Program-made: the position numbers and the translations under genes
In this document: piece by piece, positions 58,292-64,000 of the stretch
Layout of the letters: each line of letters begins with the position of its first letter
How positions within the stretch are numbered: position 1 is the stretch's first letter
Notes under the pieces: generated by a model
What the model was told of the DNA's origin: nothing
The model's database searches: none
The model's input: only the letters and a program-made list of their open reading frames with translations
DNA from: Rhodocyclaceae bacterium
Lineage (GTDB): Bacteria; Pseudomonadota; Gammaproteobacteria; Burkholderiales; Rhodocyclaceae
NCBI GenBank assembly: GCA_023230455.1
Contig: JALNXH010000019.1
Coordinates: 58-64,057, forward strand
Reading direction: 5' to 3'
Length of the DNA stretch: 64,000 nt

Positions 58292-59287
58292 ATGAGCCAT
58301 CAACCCGTCAAGTTCTATCAGACCGGCACCTTCACCGTCGGCAATCGTCTGCTCGCGCCGGAGCAGCGCAGCGTGCAGGCTTCGGCCAAGCGTTACAACT
58401 CGCTCAACTCGGGGCACCGTGCCTGCCAGGGTTGCGGCGAGGCGCTCGGCGCGCGCTATGCGATCGATGCGGCGATGGAGGCGACGCACGGCCAGTTGGT
58501 GGCGGCGAATGCCACCGGTTGCCTGGAGGTGTTCTCCACGCCCTATCCGGAAACCTCCTGGCAGGTGCCGTGGATTCATTCGCTGTTCGGCAACACCGCT
58601 GCGGTGGCCACCGGCATCGCCGCTGCGCTGCGCGTCAAGGGCAAGGCGGTGCGCGTGGTGGCGCAGGGTGGCGATGGCGGCACTACCGATATCGGTTTCG
58701 GCTGCCTGTCCGGCATGTTCGAGCGCAACGACGATGTGCTCTACATCTGCTACGACAATCAGGGCTACATGAACACGGGGGTGCAGCGTTCCAGCGCCAC
58801 GCCGCCGGCGGCGCGCACGGCGACAACGATGGCGGTCGGCGTCGAGCCGGGCAATGTTTTCGGCCAGGGTAAGTTCGTTCCCGCCATCGCCATGGCGCAT
58901 GAGATCCCCTATGTCGCCACCGCCACCGTGGCCGATCTGCGCGACCTCGAAGCCAAGGTGGCGCGGGCCATGGAACTGCATGGCGCGCGCTACATCCACA
59001 TCCTCGTGCCCTGTCCGCTGGGCTGGGGCAGCGCCTCCGACCAGACCATCCAGATGGCACGGCTGGCCAAGGAGACGGGCCTGTTCCCGGTGTTCGAAGC
59101 CGAGGGTGGCGAAATCAAGTCGGCGCTGAAAATCCGTAAGCCGCTGCCGGTAGAAGACTATTTGCGGCCGCAGAAACGCTATGCCCATCTGTTCGCGCCG
59201 ACCTTGCGTGCCGATGTGATCGAGCGGTTGCAAGGGATCGCGGACCGCAATATCCGCAAATACGGATTGCTGGAAGAAAACCCCTAA
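58292..59287 (+). CDS. porB: 2-oxoacid:ferredoxin oxidoreductase, beta subunit (ThDP-binding)
   Basis: About 331 aa; ..SGHRACQGCGEALGARY..., ThDP motif GGDGGTTDIGFGCLSG...ERNDDVLYICYDNQGYMNTG. ATG at 58292 or GTG at 58283; no obvious SD for either. Confidence 0.9.
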   Translation: MSHQPVKFYQTGTFTVGNRLLAPEQRSVQASAKRYNSLNSGHRACQGCGEALGARYAIDAAMEATHGQLVAANATGCLEVFSTPYPETSWQVPWIHSLFGNTAAVATGIAAALRVKGKAVRVVAQGGDGGTTDIGFGCLSGMFERNDDVLYICYDNQGYMNTGVQRSSATPPAARTATTMAVGVEPGNVFGQGKFVPAIAMAHEIPYVATATVADLRDLEAKVARAMELHGARYIHILVPCPLGWGSASDQTIQMARLAKETGLFPVFEAEGGEIKSALKIRKPLPVEDYLRPQKRYAHLFAPTLRADVIERLQGIADRNIRKYGLLEENP

Positions 59288-59363
59288 CCGCGGGGGCCAC
59301 AGGGACACGGGGGAAACCATGACGATGAAAATGTTGTCCCCGTGCTCCCCGTGTCCCCCGCGG
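59288..59363 (+). repeat. 76-nt composite imperfect hairpin between porB and the next gene
   Basis: ccgcggggg (59288-59296) pairs with cccccgcgg (59355-59363). Inside it, CACAGGG and CACGGGG pair with the two CCCCGTG copies. Confidence 0.6.
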
Positions 59364-59382
59364 TGAAACCTGAGGTTCAACT

Positions 59383-61011
59383 ATGGACAAACCTTTCGCC
59401 ATCACCCTCGACGTCGGCTCCTCGCTCGCCAACCACACCGGCTCCTGGCGCACCCGACGGCCTGTCTATGTGGATCGGCTGCCGCCCTGCAACGCCACCT
59501 GCCCGGCCGGCGAGAACATCCAGGGCTGGCTGTTCCATGCCGAGTCGGGCGATTATGAAACCGCCTGGCGCAAGCTCACCGAGGAGAACCCGCTGCCGGC
59601 GATCATGGGCCGGGTCTGCTACCACCCCTGCGAGGGCGCCTGCAATCGCGGCCGGCTCGACGAGTCGGTGGGCATCAATGCAGTGGAACGTTTTCTCGGC
59701 GACGAGGCGCTGAAACTGGGCTGGCGCTTTGATGCGCCGGCTGCCGCCAGCGGCAAACGCGTGCTGGTGGTGGGCTCGGGGCCGGCGGGGCTGGCTGCCG
59801 CCTACCATCTGGTGCGCAGCGGCCACGCAGTGGAAATCCGCGAAGCGGCGGCCCAAGCGGGAGGCATGATGCGCTACGGCATCCCCAAATACCGGTTGCC
59901 GCGGGACGTGCTCGATGCCGAGATCGCACGCATTGTCGAACTCGGCGTGAAACTGCGCCTGAACCAGCCGGTCGAGGAACTGGAGCCTCTGCTGGGCGAA
60001 TTCGATGCGGTGTTCCTCGGCGTCGGCGCCCATTTGGCGAAGCGTGCCTACATTCCCGCCGGCGACGCCAGCCGCATCCTCGATGCGGTCTCGGTGCTGC
60101 ACGGCATGGAAGGTTCGACCGATGAATTGAAGCCCCTGCTCGGCCGCCATGTGGTGGTTTACGGCGGCGGCAACACGGCGATCGACGTGGCGCGCACAGC
60201 GAAGCGCCTCGGCGCCGAGGAATCCATCGTTGTCTACCGGCGCAGCCGCGAAAAAATGCCGGCCCACGCCTTCGAGGTGGAAGAAGCCTTGCAGGAGGGC
60301 GTGCAGATGAAATGGCTGGCGACGGTTAAAGAGGCCGGGGCGGGCGAAGTGATGGTCGAGCGAATGGTGCTCGACGAAAAGGGGTTCCCCCAGCCAACCG
60401 GCGAATTCGAGCGCATCGAGGCCGATTCGCTGGTGTTGGCGCTGGGTCAGGAGACCGACCTGTCGCTGCTGCAAAAGCTCGCCGGACTGAACATCCGCGA
60501 CGGCCTGGTCGAAGTGGATGCCGGCATGATGACCGGCCATCGCGGAGTCTTCGCCGGCGGCGACATGGTGGGCAATGAACGCACCGTGACCGCTGCCATC
60601 GGCCACGGCAAGAAGGCCGCGCGTCACATCGACGCCTGGCTGCGCAGCGAACCGCGGGTGCCGGCGCCCAAGCACGCACTGGCGACGTTCGAGAACCTGA
60701 ACACCTGGTACTACGCCGACGCGCCGAAAACCATGCGTCCGATGCTGGATATCGTCCGTCGCCAGTCCACCTTCGACGAGGTGCTGGGCGGGCTTTCCGA
60801 AGAAAATGCCCGCTTCGAAGCCCGCCGCTGTCTGTCCTGCGGCAACTGCTTCGAGTGCGACAACTGCTACGGCGTCTGCCCCGACAATGCGGTAATCAAG
60901 CTCGGGCCGGGCAAGCGCTTCCAGTTCAACTACGATTACTGCAAGGGCTGCGGCCTATGCGTAGCGGAATGCCCCTGCGGCGCCATCGATACCATGGCGG
61001 AGGATATTTAG
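59383..61011 (+). CDS. GltD-like NAD(P)H-dependent oxidoreductase fused to a 2x[4Fe-4S] ferredoxin (OFOR delta-subunit-like) domain
   Basis: 542 aa; N-terminal Fe-S region (CNATCPAGENI.., CYHPCEGACNRG), Rossmann motifs VVGSGPAGLAAAYHL and VVYGGGNTAIDVA, C-terminal CLSCGNCFECDNCYGVCP...CKGCGLCVAECPCGAI. Confidence 0.85.
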   Translation: MDKPFAITLDVGSSLANHTGSWRTRRPVYVDRLPPCNATCPAGENIQGWLFHAESGDYETAWRKLTEENPLPAIMGRVCYHPCEGACNRGRLDESVGINAVERFLGDEALKLGWRFDAPAAASGKRVLVVGSGPAGLAAAYHLVRSGHAVEIREAAAQAGGMMRYGIPKYRLPRDVLDAEIARIVELGVKLRLNQPVEELEPLLGEFDAVFLGVGAHLAKRAYIPAGDASRILDAVSVLHGMEGSTDELKPLLGRHVVVYGGGNTAIDVARTAKRLGAEESIVVYRRSREKMPAHAFEVEEALQEGVQMKWLATVKEAGAGEVMVERMVLDEKGFPQPTGEFERIEADSLVLALGQETDLSLLQKLAGLNIRDGLVEVDAGMMTGHRGVFAGGDMVGNERTVTAAIGHGKKAARHIDAWLRSEPRVPAPKHALATFENLNTWYYADAPKTMRPMLDIVRRQSTFDEVLGGLSEENARFEARRCLSCGNCFECDNCYGVCPDNAVIKLGPGKRFQFNYDYCKGCGLCVAECPCGAIDTMAEDI

Positions 61012-61155
61012 CCGTAGGCGGGAGCCGCGCACGACCAAGTGATTGACCGAAACGCGTGGGCCGGACGATACTTCGGCTCCAATACTCAACAGACCGTTTC
61101 CTGGGACATTCAGGCCACGGTCGATCAAAACAAACCGTCTAAAGGAGTCCCCGCC

Positions 61156-61818
61156 ATGTCCCGATCACGCGCATCCGTTCTCTCGGCACTGCTGCTGACC
61201 AGCGTCTTTGTTTCGCTGGCTGCGCAGGCGCAACATCCCAGCACGGCCGCGCAGGCGGACAACTATGCGGTGTACATCCTCGAACGGTCGAAATCACCGG
61301 TCAACCAGCAGATCATGGCCCTGATCGGCAAAAAGGACTTCAAGGGACTGCGCAACCTGATCAAAAAAGGGACATCCATCGACGAAGCCGATAACAAGGG
61401 ATGCCGGCCGATCCATTACGCCGCCTATATGGGCAGCCTCGAGGCGATGAAAATTTTCGCAGCCAACCGCGCCGATTTGAAAGCCAGCACGTTCGGCAGA
61501 TGGAGCGCACTGCACTACGCTGCGCTGGGCGGCCATACCGAGGTCATCGATTTCCTGGTTGCGTCCGGCGTCCCCATCGACATCGTCGATTCCGGCGGCG
61601 AAAGCCCGCTGTTCTACGCCGTCGAATCGGGCCACATGGCCACAGTGCAATGGCTGATTGAGCACGGTGCAAACATCAACCACGAAAACAGGAAGGGCGA
61701 TACTCCGCTTTCGGTCGCCATCGAAAATGGCCATCGTCGGCTCGTCGAATATCTGCGGCAGCTTGGCGCCGCCGAAAGATCGGGCGAAGCGCAGGACACG
61801 CGCGGCGCAATTGAATGA
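61156..61818 (+). CDS. Secreted ankyrin-repeat protein
   Basis: 220 aa from the ATG at 61156 (AAAGGAG upstream); signal peptide ...LLLTSVFVSLAAQA; ankyrin repeats (..GCRPIHYAAYMGSLEAMKIF.., ..WSALHYAALGGHTEVIDFLV.., ..GESPLFYAVESGHMATVQWLIEHGANIN.., ..GDTPLSVAIENGHRRLVEYL). Confidence 0.8.
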   Translation: MSRSRASVLSALLLTSVFVSLAAQAQHPSTAAQADNYAVYILERSKSPVNQQIMALIGKKDFKGLRNLIKKGTSIDEADNKGCRPIHYAAYMGSLEAMKIFAANRADLKASTFGRWSALHYAALGGHTEVIDFLVASGVPIDIVDSGGESPLFYAVESGHMATVQWLIEHGANINHENRKGDTPLSVAIENGHRRLVEYLRQLGAAERSGEAQDTRGAIE

Positions 61819-61981
61819 ATCCGCAACACACGGGTTGCACATCGGCACAATTAGGCGTAGAAAGAAACCGACGTTCCGTATGACCAACCGAAAGGGGCGC
61901 GATTATCGAGAAGGCACGTTGCAATTGATGACTGCGAAGTACCCATACCGGGCAACCCGGAAAGCGATGCGCAATGCATCG

Positions 61982-62010
61982 AAAAAAACGCCGCGCAATG
62001 CGGCGTTTTT
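61982..62010. terminator. Bidirectional Rho-independent terminator
   Basis: A-run, stem aacgccgc (61987-61994) / gcggcgtt (62000-62007), 5-nt loop, T-run to 62010. Confidence 0.7.
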
Positions 62011-62179
62011 CATTTGCGGCGAGGTTTCTGCCGACGGCGACTGAATGACGACTCCTTGACCGGCTTCCGGATGCCCTCTGGACGACCATCGCCGTAACCG
62101 GGATAATTTGGTTTTAACAACCTGCGTTCCGGTGCTTACTCCGGCGCGGGTTAAATTTTTTCCGGAGCCGAGTTCTCAA

Positions 62180-63049
62180 ATGACTGCCCGAATTCTTGAC
62201 GGCAACGCCCTTTCCGCCCAGGTACGCGGCCAATTGGCCGAACGCGCCGCCGCGCTCAAGGCACGCGGTGTGACGCCCTGCCTCGCCGTGATCCTGGTCG
62301 GAGAAGATCCCGCCTCGGCAGTGTATGTGCGCAACAAGGTGGCCGGTTGCGAAAAAGTCGGCATGCGTTCGATCAAGGACGTCTACCCCATCAACGCCGC
62401 GCAGGAGACCGTACTGGCGCGAATCACCGAACTGAATGCCGATCCCGCAGTACATGGCATCCTGGTCCAACTGCCGCTGCCCAAGCATTTCGATGCCGAG
62501 GCCGTGCTTGAAGCCATCGCACCGGAAAAGGACGTGGACGGCTTCCATGCCGACAACGTCGGTGCGCTGATGCAGGGTACGCCGCGCTTCATTCCGTGCA
62601 CGCCCTACGGCGTGATGAAAATGCTGGAGAGCGAAAAGGTCGCCTTGAAAGGTGCGGAAGCAGTGATCGTCGGCCGCAGCAACATCGTCGGCAAACCGAT
62701 GTCGATGCTGCTGCTACAGGCGGGTTGTACCGTCACCGTCTGCCATTCGCAGACCCGCGACCTGGCCTTCCATACCCGCCGTGCCGACGTACTGGTCGCT
62801 GCGGTCGGACGGCCGAAGATGATTACCGGTGACATGATCAAGCCCGGTGCGACGGTGATCGACGTCGGCATCAATCGCCAGCAATCCGGGCCGGATGCCG
62901 GCAAGCTGTGCGGCGACGTCGATTTCGAAACGGCCAAGGAAGTTGCCGGCCTGATTACTCCCGTGCCCGGTGGCGTTGGCCCGATGACCATCACCATGCT
63001 GCTTACCAACACGCTGGAAGCGGCCGAACGTGCCCGAGGGAAATCATGA
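62180..63049 (+). CDS. folD: Bifunctional methylenetetrahydrofolate dehydrogenase/cyclohydrolase
   Basis: 289 aa from the ATG at 62180; [17 protein letters not shown]..., ..[19 protein letters not shown].., ..GILVQLPLP.., ..[12 protein letters not shown].., ..[10 protein letters not shown]. Confidence 0.95.
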   Translation: MTARILDGNALSAQVRGQLAERAAALKARGVTPCLAVILVGEDPASAVYVRNKVAGCEKVGMRSIKDVYPINAAQETVLARITELNADPAVHGILVQLPLPKHFDAEAVLEAIAPEKDVDGFHADNVGALMQGTPRFIPCTPYGVMKMLESEKVALKGAEAVIVGRSNIVGKPMSMLLLQAGCTVTVCHSQTRDLAFHTRRADVLVAAVGRPKMITGDMIKPGATVIDVGINRQQSGPDAGKLCGDVDFETAKEVAGLITPVPGGVGPMTITMLLTNTLEAAERARGKS

Positions 63050-63558
63050 GCCACAGCCATCCTCTTGTCGGCATCGTTATGGGTTCGGATTCCGACTGGC
63101 CCACCCTACAGGCTGCCGCACGCATCCTCGAAGACTTCGCCGTGGCTTACGAGGCGCGGGTGGTCTCGGCCCACCGCACGCCCGACCTGTTGTTCGACTA
63201 CGCGGCCTCCGCACAGGAGCGCGGGCTGCGCGCGATCATCGCCGGAGCCGGCGGAGCGGCGCATTTGCCCGGCATGCTGGCGGCGAAGACCATCGTTCCG
63301 GTGCTCGGCGTACCGGTGCAGAGCAAAGCTCTGTCCGGGCTCGACTCGTTGCTCTCGATCGTGCAGATGCCGAAGGGCATCCCGGTCGCTACCTTTGCCA
63401 TCGGCGAAGCCGGTGCCGCCAATGCGGCGTTGACGGCGGTCGCGATGCTCGCCACCACCGATCGCAACCTCGCGACGAAACTCGAAGCCTACCGCGCCGC
63501 GCAGACCGAGAAGGTGCTGGAGATGAAGCTGGAGTTGCCCGCGGAGAAAAAAGCGTGA
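63046..63558 (+). CDS. purE: 5-(carboxyamino)imidazole ribonucleotide mutase
   Basis: 170 aa; [14 protein letters not shown]..., ..SAHRTPD.., ..[19 protein letters not shown] overlap with the folD stop. Confidence 0.95.
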   Translation: MSHSHPLVGIVMGSDSDWPTLQAAARILEDFAVAYEARVVSAHRTPDLLFDYAASAQERGLRAIIAGAGGAAHLPGMLAAKTIVPVLGVPVQSKALSGLDSLLSIVQMPKGIPVATFAIGEAGAANAALTAVAMLATTDRNLATKLEAYRAAQTEKVLEMKLELPAEKKA

Positions 63559-64000
63559 TCCTGCCGCCCGCCACCCTCGGCATGCTCGGAGGCGGCCAGT
63601 TGGGCCGCTTCTTCGTTATGGCGGCGCACGAACTCGGCTATCGGGTGATCGTTCTCGATCCCGATGCCAACAGCCCCGCCGGCCGCATTGCCGACCGCCA
63701 CCTGCAAGCCGCTTACGAAGACCAGGATGCGCTGAACGTGTTTGCGGGGAGTTGTGCCGCGGTGACCACCGAGTTCGAGAACGTGCCAGCCGAGTCGCTC
63801 GCCTACCTGGCCAAGTTCGTCCCGGTGCGACCGGGCGCCGAGGCGGTGGCGATCTGCCAGAACCGCATGGCGGAGAAAGGATTCCTCAAGCGCAGCGGCA
63901 TTCCCCATGCGCCGTATGCGGATGTGCGCAGCGAGGACGATCTGGCGGCAGCGGATGCCGCGCTGTTCCCCGGTATCCTCAAGGTGGCCCGGTTCGGCTA
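63555..64000 (+). CDS. purK: N5-carboxyaminoimidazole ribonucleotide synthase, N-terminal part (runs off the window)
   Basis: GTG overlaps the purE stop; [37 protein letters not shown]... is the PurK ATP-grasp N-terminus. Confidence 0.9.
   Translation, partial: MILPPATLGMLGGGQLGRFFVMAAHELGYRVIVLDPDANSPAGRIADRHLQAAYEDQDALNVFAGSCAAVTTEFENVPAESLAYLAKFVPVRPGAEAVAICQNRMAEKGFLKRSGIPHAPYADVRSEDDLAAADAALFPGILKVARFG

Noticed and set aside
61881-62044. 54-aa very basic ORF (MTNRKGRDYREG...)
   Set aside because: It reads straight through the strong terminator hairpin, has no RBS and has a non-protein-like composition.
62011-62179. ZTP (pfl) riboswitch upstream of folD
   Set aside because: The conserved elements (GGGTCGTGAC..., CCGCCTGGGC pseudoknot partner) are absent on the plus strand. 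A GGTCGT string occurs only on the wrong strand.

Overview
A 64-kb stretch of high-GC chromosome. Gene content and order suggest a betaproteobacterium, possibly Rhodocyclales- or Nitrosomonadales-like, but that is inference only. All calls come from reading the supplied translations and the DNA by eye; no database search was run. Layout: (1) 1-20.7 kb is a flagellar region: fliC (3' part), fliD-fliS-fliT, a FliK-like plus stand-alone FlhB-C-terminal-like pair, a ycgR-like PilZ brake, fliE, fleS/fleR-like sigma-54 two-component genes, and fliFGHI. It is interrupted by parE-parC and a class III cyclase-hemerythrin fusion, and it ends with an HDOD gene where fliJ would be expected. (2) 20.75-31.4 kb is an alkane/fatty-acid block on the minus strand: FadD-like ligase, MalT/LuxR-type regulator, an 83-aa ORF, AlkJ-like GMC dehydrogenase, 2Fe-2S ferredoxin, CYP153 P450 and AlkK-like acyl-CoA synthetase. 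It is bounded by an acyl-CoA dehydrogenase remnant with a 19-bp-arm palindrome on one side and tRNA-Ser(CGA) on the other. (3) 31.5-48.2 kb is housekeeping: mltF, serS, pterin dehydratase, rarA, phosphomannomutase, waaF, ilvE, nudix-mnmA, GST, purB and rpiA, plus a secreted trio ending in a Tat multicopper oxidase. (4) 48.25-54.7 kb is the PDH operon aceE-aceF-X-lpd, where X looks like a proteasome/HslV-type Ntn hydrolase (BPH-like). The aceF and lpd lipoyl-domain segments are 221-bp near-identical repeats. (5) 54.86-61.0 kb, divergent from aceE, is a 2-oxoacid:ferredoxin oxidoreductase operon (gamma, alpha, beta) followed by a GltD-like NAD(P)H module fused to the delta-type ferredoxin. This operon is split between alpha and beta by an AT-richer HNH endonuclease plus Bro-N/DinD-like gene pair, which is my best candidate for an undescribed selfish or defence module. 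(6) 61.1-64 kb holds a secreted ankyrin protein, folD, purE and purK (5' part). No CRISPR array, rRNA, transposase or integrase was seen. Many long ORFs in the track are antisense shadows typical of high-GC DNA and were rejected.
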